Part shown: positions 1 to 12,218 of the stretch, in pieces
Position numbering within the stretch: the stretch's first letter is position 1
Layout of the letters: each line of letters begins with the position of its first letter
From: Macrostomum lignano
Lineage: Eukaryota
Assembly: GCA_002269645.1 (NCBI GenBank)
Contig: NIVC01000900.1
Coordinates: 462,117-526,116 of the forward strand
DNA length: 64,000 bases
Direction: 5' to 3'
Position numbers and translations under genes: made by a program
Notes under the pieces: generated by a model
What the model was told of the DNA's origin: nothing
The model's input: the letters and a program-made list of their open reading frames with translations, nothing else
Database searches by the model: none

Positions 1-283
1 TTTAAAATTTAAATGGCCTCCTAAGAAATGCGTATTTCCATGGTTGTTAGACTGCTGCAGACTGTGGTGGTGGAGCTGGAGATATACAAATTTCTCTCAG
101 GGCTGCTAATTGACCAGAAAGATGACGTGATTAAAGCATGGGAAATGATAACAACCATGATAGTACTACGTCCCACAAACTGGCTTTCGAAGCAGGGATC
201 GGCAGATTTTTATCTCAAAGGCCAGATAAAGAATCCAGCTCATGGCTACGGGCCAGATGAGAGTGAAAAGGAAAAGGAATAGA

Positions 284-1680
<1,397 letters not shown>

Positions 1681-2948
1681 CTATTTTGGCAAAATCATGT
1701 GAAATTTCGAGTCTCAAAGTTAATCCTGAGCGGTGCTGTGCACTTTTAAAGTTAGGCTGTTTTTTTCAGCGTAGCAACCACCCCAACCTCCGCCCGCCTG
1801 CCTCTCTTTCCCGATCCCGATCTGGGCCCAGATGTGTAAAAGGGTTTCAAAATTGAATAACTTTCAGCTGCCATAAGTTTGCTCCACGTAAAGCGATTGA
1901 CTTCAAACTTGACACAGTTCTTCATTGACTCATTCTCTGCCTAAATGTAAAGTTTCAACTCTCTAACTCAATCAGAACAGAAACTGTAAGCATATGAAGT
2001 TTGTCTGCTTTTTCTGTTGTTTGTGCCGCTCACTCACTTATTCCCCCAGAGCCAGACGAAGGGTGAGGCGATAGGGCTCAATGTACATAGCAAATGTACA
2101 GTGTTTTGGAATAAAGTTTTTATAGCCTTCTCGCACCCCGAGAGTGGAGAGGCGTGGAGAGGAGAGAGTTTAGCGAGAGATTCAATTTCAAACCATCAAA
2201 CCACTGTCCTCTGTATAGACAAGTCGCAGCATGCAGTTAAACAAGGATGGCAAGGATTCGCATAAGGTACTTTAAAATTTAAATGGCCTCCTAAGAAATG
2301 CGTATTTCCATGGTTGTTAGACTGCTGCAGACTGTGGTGGTGGAGCTGGAGATATACAAATTTCTCTCAGGGCTGCTAATTGGCCAGAAAGATGACGTGA
2401 TTAAAGCATGAGAAATGATAACAACCATGATAGTACTACGTCCCACAAACTGGCTTTCGAAGCAGGGATCAGCAGATTTTTATCTCAAAGGCCAGATAAA
2501 GAATCGAGCTCATAGCTTAGGGGCAGATGAAAGTGGAAAGAAGAAGGAATATACGATTCAAAGAGAGGAGAGGCGACAGAGGGGATAAAAGAAAAGATAA
2601 AAGATAATAGGAGAGATAAGGGGGTGAGGACGTATGAGAGAGAGAGGGAGAAGAGGGGAGAGAGGAAAAGCGAGAGCAGAGAGTAGAGATGAGAGAGCAG
2701 AGAGCTGCAGATGAGAGGAGAGAGGAGACAGCAGAGAGGAGACAGCAGAGAGGAAACAGGTGAAAGAAGAGATGAGAGAGTAATGGGAAGAGAGAAGCGA
2801 TAAAGATACATCTCTACATCTCTAAGGTTCTCTCTCTAAGGATCTCTAAAGTAGAGAAGTGAGTGAGGAGAGAGGAGAGGAAAGAGGAGAATTGAGAGGG
2901 GAGAGAGGAGGAGAGATAAGAGAGAAAGACAGAGAGAGAGAGAGAGAA

Positions 2949-3105
<157 letters not shown>

Positions 3106-3231
3106 GAGAAGTGATAAGAGAGAAAAGATAAAAGAAGAGAAAGGAAAGATGAGAGAGCAAAGACGAGAGAAAAAAAGAGGTAAGGGAAAAGACGAGAGAA
3201 GAGGGGAGAGATGAGAGAGTAGAGGAGAGAG

Positions 3232-3529
3232 CATACATGCGCAACAGTCGGCCGAGTCGGCCGATCCGGCCGACCGATTTGGCGGCCAACCAAGTAAGTC
3301 GCAAAAATGCCCACCCGAAAAAATAACCAAATAGTAGTACTAAGTAGCTGACGAGGCATTTTGGATTAATAACACAGTCATAGTTACTCCTGCCGTTTAC
3401 CTAAAGTTGCCTTAATTTTGCTTTAGGGTTTTTTTACATGTAAGTCGCATTTTTGGCCAAAAACTACGTCGCATTTTTGTTAAAACTAAGTCGCATGGCC
3501 GACCGAATTTCGGAGGTTGCGCATGTATG
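3232..3529. mobile_element. hAT-type MITE, copy 1 (298 bp)
   Basis: Perfect 14-bp TIR CATACATGCGCAAC...GTTGCGCATGTATG. Perfect 8-bp TSD GGAGAGAG (3224-3231 and 3530-3537). No coding capacity. A homologous copy lies at 55858-56184. Confidence 0.9.
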
Positions 3530-4043
3530 GGAGAGAGTTAAAAGAAGAGAGAAAAGAATAGAAAGGAGAATGAAGATCAGAGAGAAGAGGGGGTGAGAGG
3601 AGAGAGGAGAGAGAAGAGGAGAGAGAAAAGAAGAGACAAGAGATGAGATAAGAGAGATGAAAGAGAAGAGAGATAAAAGAGAAGAGAGATGAGGGAAGAT
3701 ACGAGAGAAGAGGGGAGAGAGGAGAGAGGAGAGACGAGGGACGAGAGAGATGAGAGGAAACAAAGAGACGATAGAAATTTTAAAGGATCCAAAGGAAGTA
3801 GGGAGAGTCAGGGAGAGACCAGAGTTTAGCAATATATGTTTTAGAGTCAGACAGACATTGCCTGACATTCTGCGCAGTACCCCAGCCAACAATGTCTCAA
3901 ACCTTAATTTTACACGAATGTGCTCCATTTTATGTCTACCTCTATCCTACTAACTATTAACAAGTTTTTGTTTGTGTATGGCCTTAGATTTCAGAATACA
4001 TGCAAAAGTAGTTCCGGGTATTGGAATTCCCCGGGTTCAAAAT

Positions 4044-4445
4044 CCGCGGGTTTCAACAGCTTGTCTCTAACTATAAAAATCAAAACTCTGTCTGTCTGTC
4101 TGTGGACAATTTTGATCGCTATGGACTCCCAAACCACTCAACCAAATTACACCAAACTTTACACCCACCCTAAACTTACTATGGAGAATGTCTTAGGCTA
4201 CCTAAAAATTTCCTAGACTCAAGTCTTCCTACCTAAAAGTGCAAAAAAACTGCTTAAAATGCGCGATTTTTTCACTAAATCCTACATAGCGCTGCTCCAG
4301 TTTTACCAATCCTCTTCAAATTTGACACACAATCTTCAACTATTTTGACACAATCGTGTAAAATTTCGAATCTCAAAGTTAATCCTTAACAGCGCTACGC
4401 ACTTTTAAAGTTGGGCTGCTTTTTTAAGCAAGACAGCCACCCCAA
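4044..4445 (+). mobile_element. Possible non-autonomous Helitron/DINE-1-like element fragment
   Basis: Begins TCTCTAACTATAAAAATC, followed by a short (CTGT)n and a non-coding core. This resembles the layout of microsatellite-bearing Helitron derivatives. No 3' hairpin/CTRR end was confirmed. Confidence 0.3.
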
Positions 4446-5283
4446 AAGTTTCAACTCTCTAACTCAATCAGAACAGAAACTGTAAGCATGTGAAATTTGT
4501 CTGCTTTTTCTGTTGTTTGTGCCACTCACTCACTCATTCCCCCAGAGCCAGACGAAGGGTCAGGCGATAGGACTGAATGTACATGGCAATGTACAGTGTT
4601 TTGGAATAACTTTTTATAGCCTTCTCTGCACCCCCGTGGAGAGGCTACTGGCTTTCGAAGTAGGGATTGGCAGACTTTTACTTCAAAAGCCAGATAAAAA
4701 ATCCAGCTTATGTGCGGGCCAGATGAGAGTGGAAAGGAGAAGGAATAGACTATTAGAAGAGAGGAGAGGCGAGAGGGGCATTAGAGAAAATATGGAAGAT
4801 AAGAAGAGAGACAAGTGGTGAGAAGAGAGCAGAGAAGAGAGGGTGTAAGAAGAGGGGAGAAAGGAGAGATGAGATTGTAGAGATGAGACAAATGAAATGA
4901 GAGATTAGAGAGTAAAGATGAGAGATGAAAAAGGTGAGAGGAGAGTGCAGAGAGACGAGAGAAGATAATAAAGGAGAGAGAGTATAGAAGAGGGAAGAGA
5001 AAAGAAGAGAGGAGTAAGGAAAGAGAGGAGTCAGAAGAGGTGAAAGAAAAGAGTACTCAGGAGATAAGTGAGAGAACGTATAAGAGAGTAAAGATGACAG
5101 ATAAGAGAGCAGAGATGAGGGTGAACAGACGAGAGATGGGAGAACAGAACAGAGTAGAGAGAACAGAGGAGAGATAAGAGAGAAGAGATTACAGAGACTA
5201 GAGGAGAGTGGAAAGACAGGTAGAGAGAAGAGGAAATAGGAGAAGGAAGAGGGGAGAGAGGAGAAGAGAGATGGGAGAGGAGA

Positions 5284-5341
<58 letters not shown>

Positions 5342-7572
5342 TGAGAGATGAGAGAGTTAAGAGAAGAGAGAAAAGAATAGAGAGGAGAAAGAAGAGACGA
5401 AAGAAGAGGGGGAGAGAGGAGAAGAGAGGGAAAACGAAAAGTAGAGAGGAGAAAGGAGAGAAGAAAGAAAACGAAAAGTAGAGAGGAGAGAGGAAGGAAA
5501 GAGTAGAGAGAAGAGACAAGAGATGAGATAAGAGAGATGAAAGAGAAGAGAGATGAGGGAAGATATGAGAGAAGAGAGGAGAGAGAAGAGGAGAGAGAAA
5601 ACGAAAAGTAGAGAGGAGAGAAGAGAGAAAACGAAAAGTAGAGAGGAGAGAGGAGAGAAGAGAGAGGAGAGACAAGGGACGAGAGAGAAGAAAGGAAACA
5701 GAAGAGACAATAGAAATTTTAAAGGATCCGAGAGATGTAGGGAGAGTCAGGGAGAGGCCAGAGTTTGCCAATACATGTTTTAGAGTCTGACAGACATTGC
5801 CTGACTTTCTTCAGAGTACCCCAGCCAACAATATCAATGTTTGCCTCAAACCCTAATTTTACACAAATGTGCTCCATTTTATGTCTACCTCTATCCTACA
5901 AACTATTAACAAGTTTTTGTTTATGTATGGCCTTAGATTTCAGAATGTATGCAAAAGTAGTTTCAGGGATTGGAATTCCCCAGGTTCAAAATCTGCAGGT
6001 TTCAACAGCTTGTGTGAAACATAAAAGAGACATTATTTCATATATAAAATAAGTGTCATGCCAAACATAAAGGAGCCTATTTAAAGCTGAGAAAGTTGTT
6101 GAACTAGATACTTGCTATCTGGGGTTGCTTGCTATTGAGAGATGCTTGCTATCTTGGGGGGGGGGGAGAGGAGCAATGCTTGCCATCTGGGGAATGCCTA
6201 TTATCTATGTGAGGGCTTTATGTTAAATATTGTATACTTTGTTTTTTAGACAAAAGATATTCATAGCAAACATCTTTGTCCATTTTACAATTTTCACATT
6301 TCACAATTTTACTCGAATGAGGTTATCTATAAACTGAAAAAAGAATTGGTTCTAAAAAAATATGCTTCTTTAATAGATTTGCATGAATAATTTTTGCTCC
6401 TTACTTCTTTGGCACCCCAAAGGGGGGCACTAGATTGCTAGTAATTATACTTTAGATAACTAATACAATACAAATATTTTTAGTTAGATAGAAATCTAGT
6501 TTATTTAAAAAAACCTATATTATAGAATCATAGCTTTATTGCAATAGGTTAAGTGCAAGTTTCTATAACAAAGAAAAGCATTTCAAAAAAACTTTTACAG
6601 TTAAAAGATGATGGATTATGGGAGTGCAAATAAAAAAATATTATTATTTGGATATAATAACATTGCTATTTTAAAGAATTTAAATAATAGAACTTTGCAT
6701 TATTGCAAGTTATTTATAAAAAAGAAATAGACACAACTTATTTTATTATAATGTATCTATAAATATCAAACATAACAATAGAAAAAAGTCCATTATTTTT
6801 TTAATGCAAAAGTAAAGACAAAGTTCCATAATTTTAAAATTTTGGCATATATAACAGTCACATTTACAATTTTTAGCATACTTGGCATACATAGGGACTT
6901 CTTCTTGAATTTAATTCTGGCATACATATACTACCTTTTCCTGACTATAGGTATAGTGTGAATGAATTGTTGAGTTGAAAAGTATCATTGAGGTAACTTT
7001 ATTTAATACACAGGGCTAGTTAAATGATTTTTTTACATAGAAAATGTTAGAAGTATTGACTATTGATAGTCTTATAACCAACTATTTATTTAAAGGGATA
7101 TTATGTCAGAAATAGGTTAAATAACATAGTTTAGATATATATTAGTATATCCTAGGTTTAGTATAGCAATAGAATTAGCAAGAATCACTTTTCGATTCAA
7201 TTTTAATCTGCAAGTACAAAAACAGTTTTAGTTATCTACTACAAGGAAAAAAGTATAAAACCATGTTTGTATGCCAGGACTAAAAATGTTTTAAGGTAGG
7301 AGCATATTCTTTATAATTTAAGATTATAACCTTAAGTTTAAAATCTATACAGTGCTACCAATTAATATATAAAGTTTGATTTTAATTAACAAGAATACTA
7401 TAATTTGGTTATATAACTGCATCAATATCAATGTTTAATTGGCCCAAATATCAGACAAAAAATATTTGATTTTCATCGTATTTTTGCAAACTATGAAGTT
7501 TCATCGTGGCAATAATATTTATATCTTGATCTATATTAGCAATCATTAATATTACTATAATACACATTTTAG

Positions 7573-10500
7573 GTAACATTGATTTCCGTCTCGCTCTTAT
7601 CTACCTGGCTAATGAAATATTGCACAATTGCAAACGCAAAGATGCTTCAGTCTACAAGGATGAGTTCAAAAAGGTCCTACCAAATGCACTGTCTCAGCTT
7701 AAGTAAGTTGCATTTGTTTAAATCATTTAATACGGTCTGTCTTAAAATTTTAACAATAATACTATGGTCTACTAAGAATTATGAAATAATAATACTTCTA
7801 AATAATATATGAATAGCAGAAATTTGGCATTCATGGTTTTAATTTCATAATTTGATGCCCAAAAAAATAAAATTATTAGTAAGAATAAGTGAAATTTCTT
7901 TTTTATAGAGGCACGAATATTGTGGACAAGGTTGTTCGCGTTTTGGAACTCTGGTCAGACAGGAAACTCCTGGATAGTGCCGTGTGTAGCGGTCTAATTG
8001 CCGGCATAAGTAAGGAAATTTCCTTTTGTACTTTAGTTTAATTTGTCATGCATGCTACTGTTTATCAGTAGTATTTAAAATATATTGTGTTTGTTTTTTC
8101 TTTATCTAGGCTCATCGTCAGGCGCAATTGAGGACGCCAAAATTGATCCAGAATTGATTAAGAACTTTTCGGTGAGTAAATTATTTAGAATATGTCTGGT
8201 AATAATAGTAAGTCGAAGGTAACGAGAATTCTATCTATCCTAAATTTTAAATCAGTGAACTTGTTGACTTGATTTTTACCAACAAATACTACAGTAACAA
8301 GATATGCTTACTCGCAATTCAAATTTGTAAAAATGAGTAGTGTGTCTACTTTTTCCCGTAGATTGTCTGCCCAGTGTCACCTAAATTTATTGTATCAGCT
8401 AAAATGTCCTTTCATTGGGGTTTGCGGCCTCAGGAGCAAATGAGGTTAAGAAAAAACTGTTGACATTTAAGTATGTGTACACAAGTTAACGCAAGACGGA
8501 CAAAATTTAGCCCAGGGGCAGGTCCAATCTATCTCAGCCAATGAGACAGCAGTAAGGAGAGACGGACAAAACTCAGCTTAGAGGTCTGGCCTAATCTAGC
8601 TCAGCCAATTAGAGAGCAGCAAGGAGAGACGGACAAAACTCAGTCTAGGGGGTAAGGCCCAATCTAGCTCAGCCAATAAGAGAGCAGCAAGGAGAGACGG
8701 ACATTACTCACTCAGTCTAGGGGATCAGGCCCATCTAGCTCAGCCAATGAGAGAGCAGCAAGGAGAGACGGACAAAACTCAGTCTAGGGGGTAAGGCCCA
8801 ATCTAGCTCAGCCAATAAGAGAGCAGCAAGGAGAGACGGACAAAACTCAGCCTAGGGGGCAGGCCCAATTTAGCTTAGCCAATGAGAAAGCAGTTAGAAG
8901 AGGGGTCAAAGTCAGACATAAGCAGGCAAGATTTTGATCTTTCACCGCCATATTTAATCCACAGCCTGACTCGGTCATCTCCGCCCTAAAAGAGTTCCTC
9001 ATCATGGAGACTGACACGGCGTCAAAGGAGCGCCAGCTAGGCTGCATGATCTCCTCAGAGATTCACAGTCCAGCTGCTGTACGCCAGATCAAAGATCGCT
9101 CCCACGGCGAGGCCTATCGTCAGCAGCTTGAAGAATCCTGCCAACGACTCGAAGATCTGGTCCGCGATTTAGAACGCCTGGAAGAGCGTAGAGAGGCGCT
9201 ACTGTCGCTACTAGAAAAAGCTCACATGTTCTTTGCCGCTCAATATTCCGACGTTAATGTTGTCGTGACAGCCTATAAAAAATACGGCGAGATGGTCGCT
9301 TTTATGCGTCGACGAGTTGAAGATCGACTTGTTGACTCGCCCGAGGCGCCGTCGCCGCCAGCTGACACGGCCGACGATTTTGGCGCAGAAGTAGCCGTTC
9401 TAAGCCGACGCGAGGATGAGATGGAGATCGACAGCGGAGATGAGAACGGCCAGGGGGCTGCCGTGCACCACCAGCAGCAGCAGAGCAGCAAACGCAGGCA
9501 CCGGAAGCACAGGCGACACAGCGGAAGTAGCGGAGGCGCCGGCAGCGTCGGGCATCGCGATCGGGCACCGGTTAGCGGCAAGAGCGGCAACAGTCGAAAG
9601 CGATCTTCTAGGTGGGTTCTGAAATTTGAAAAGCTGAACGAGTGTTAAACAAAACACAGTTTCTTTGTCTGCTGTCTTTTTTATTGGGCCACCCTCTTCT
9701 TAATCATACTAAGCTTTACGCCACCCATTTCATGGTGTTTTTATTTGTTACCTACTTCCCAGGGTGTTTTTATTGGACCACCCTACTTCCCAGGGTGTTT
9801 TTATTGGACCACCCTGTTTCCCAGGGTGTTTTTATTGGACCACCCTGCTTCCCAGGGTATTTTTATTGGACCACCCTGCTTCCCATGGTGTTTTTATTGG
9901 ACCACCCTACTTCCCAGCGTGTTTTTATTGGACCACCCTGCTTCCCAGGGTGTTTTTATTGGACCACCCTGCTTCCCAGCGTGTTTTTATTGGACCACCC
10001 TGCTTCCCAGGGTGTTTTTATTGGACCACCCTGCTTCCCATGGTGTTTTTATTGGACCACCCTGCTTCCCAGGGTGTTTTTATTGGACCACCCTTTTCCC
10101 CGGGTGTTTTTATTGGACCACCCTGTTTCCCCGGGTGTTTTTATTGGACCACCCTGTTTTCTATCGTTTTTTTATTATTTTTGTCCACCCTATTTCCTAG
10201 AAGGTGTGTTTTTGTACCACCCTACCCTACTTTCCATTATATTTTTACTGGACCATCAAAGCTCAAGGATTTTTTGGACCACCCTGTTTCCTAGGGTGTT
10301 TTTATTGCACCACCCTCCCTAAATCCATGCCGTGTCAAACAGCGGAGCAAAAGACATCAAATAATTCGCATCTGAAATCCCCACGCAGATCCTCTCGTAG
10401 TCGGTCACGTTCCATCAGCAGCGGCCGAGAAGGCAGCGCTCATCGGCACTCTTCATCAACTCAGCATCACCAGCATCATCATCATCATCATCAGCAGCAC

Positions 10501-11163
10501 CATCGCCACGAGATCGCCATCGGCTCCGACAGTCCGCCGCCGCCTCGGTCTGCTGCTCACCAGCATCAGCAGCCGCAGAAGCAGCAAAAGCAGCAATCCG
10601 GCCGGAGCGCCACTCCAACTCTCGATGAGCGCATTGGCGGGGCCGCCGCTGCCACCGCCGTCACCACTGCCGCCGTCTCGACGCCCGGCCATCAGCTGCC
10701 AATCACGGCCAGCTCCATCGACAGCTGGATGCCGCAGCACCTGCCGGTCTGGCGGCCTCGACTGCAGCCTCCGCCTCTGCCGCCACCGCCGCTGCCGATG
10801 CCGTCAATGAACTCGCTGAATAATAGCGGCAACAATGCATCTATTATGAGTATGAGTAGTAATCATAGTAATACTAATAGTAGTGTTAGTAGTAGTCAGC
10901 CAGCGGCTACTTCGCCAACAGGTGGCGGGGTTCGACCGCCTCCTCCGTTGCCGCCTCCGCCTCCGTTTTTCCCGGCCTTCCGGCAGCAGCAGCAGCAGCA
11001 GCAGTTTATGCAACAGCAGCAAGTGTTCTCACCCTATCGTCATGCTGCTCCGCCGCCTCCTCAAGGACCCATGCAGCATCATCAGCAGCAGCAGCCGCCT
11101 CCGCCAAGGCCGACAATGTTTGAATCAGGCCAGCCCGCAATGAACCGTTGGAGACCAGTTTGA
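7573..11163 (+). CDS. RPRD2: RPRD2-like RNA Pol II CTD-interacting (CID + CREPT coiled-coil) protein, 5'-partial. Exons 7573-7702, 7909-8009, 8110-8171, 8965-9611, 10389-11163 (stop)
   Basis: Spliced translation gives ...FRLALIYLANEILHNCKRKDASVYKDEFKKVLPNAL...VVRVLELWSDRK (CID; cf. RPRD2 YLANDVIQNCKRK) and FFAAQYSDVNVVVTAYKKY (cf. YEAQYKEVKVVANAYK). An RS/His/Gln/Pro-rich tail follows. All introns are GT-AG with consistent phases. The N-terminal exon was not located. Confidence 0.85.
8485..8905. repeat. ~68-bp tandem repeat, ~6 copies, in RPRD2 intron
   Basis: Unit GGACAAAACTCAGTCTAGGGGGTAAGGCCCAATCTAGCTCAGCCAATAAGAGAGCAGCAAGGAGAGAC. Confidence 0.9.
9748..10320. repeat. 31-bp minisatellite in RPRD2 intron
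   Basis: Unit ACCACCCTGCTTCCCAGGGTGTTTTTATTGG, ~17 copies. It explains ORFs 9642..10322, 9745..10200 and 9764..10294. Confidence 0.95.
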
Positions 11164-11784
11164 ATTTTTGACTCTTTGTGCTGCTGCAATCTCCATATTA
11201 TAAATGTGTCTGTGTGTGTTCCATCCCCTTCTATTAATTCTATATTATTAAATTTAATTACTAAGTGTTATATCGTCACTATTTTTTATTGTTATATAAT
11301 GTAGTCGCATTCCTATTGGTTTCCATTGAATAAGTTTGTGTGGATTTATTGCTTGCAATTCTGATCCATCTATGATTATCATATTGGCTTTGTCAGTTAA
11401 GAAACTGCCCAGGTCAGTTTTTGTCCCCAATGTCTACTAGGGTTTATTTGTGTAGCGCAAAGTTTGCAATTGTTACATTAACCTATCTGTCTGTCTGTGT
11501 GTGTGTGTGCCTAATTGTGAGCAAAAATGATGGACAACATAAAAAAACTCCCACTGAAAACGATGATAACCCAATTAAATATGGCTAAATAGCACGGAAT
11601 GTCCAGCGTCCTACTACTTAGTAGACTTTCACTGAGTAGTAAGAAATGCACGTTTTGGTAGGAAATTTGTTAGAATATTTTGTTATAATTTTTAGTTAGC
11701 CTGCCTATAGCAAAAGTCATTAAGAAAACTTTAACATGAATAATAGCTCCACTTTAATAAAGCCAATTGCTCACAACTCTATAG

Positions 11785-12112
11785 AATTTTTCTCCGGGTT
11801 TTTTTAGTCAGTCGGTTAAACAAAATAGCAATATTTAGCATCAATTCAAACTTATCATTATAACAAGACACACTCAAGGGCCCCGGGTCAAACTATTTTC
11901 AAATAGGGAATTTCTCCGGGTTTAAAAAAATTAGTTAACTAATTTAACAAACTATCGAATTTAGAATTTTGGCGCCAATTCAAATTGTTATTGCTTAGAC
12001 TAAAATAGAAAGTGAAGTGCGTCCCCCCAGTAAGAATCTCTCCGGCTTCAATCCGTAACAAACCGGTTAAACAAATACAGAAATAACATTCTGGCGCCAA
12101 TTCAAATTTGTT
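11785..12112 (+). promoter_or_regulatory. Triplicated ~124-bp upstream module with E2F-like (TTGGCGCCAA), CHR-like (TTCAAA) and forkhead-like (TAAACAA) motifs
   Basis: TCTCCGG at 11791, 11913 and 12039. TGGCGCCAATTCAAA at ~11970 and ~12092; CAATTCAAA at 11842. GGTTAAACAAA at 11814 and 12065. Ends ~110 bp before the ATG at 12219. Confidence 0.45.
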
Positions 12113-12218
12113 TCATCTTCAGCTCACAGCGAAATCCCGAAATTTTGCTTTCTCTCGAAACAACTCACTTTTCAACTATTAAGTTCGAGATTCATCACCG
12201 AATTACGCCGTCTTTATC

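Noticed and set aside
28-282. 84-aa ORF as the missing RPRD2 first exon
   Set aside because: No CID N-terminal similarity. It lies in a duplicated block whose second copy carries a stop.
9273-11143. Antisense and alternate-frame ORFs over RPRD2 exons (likewise over ALKBH3, ATF2 and mariner)
   Set aside because: Shadow ORFs of GC-rich, low-complexity coding sequence.
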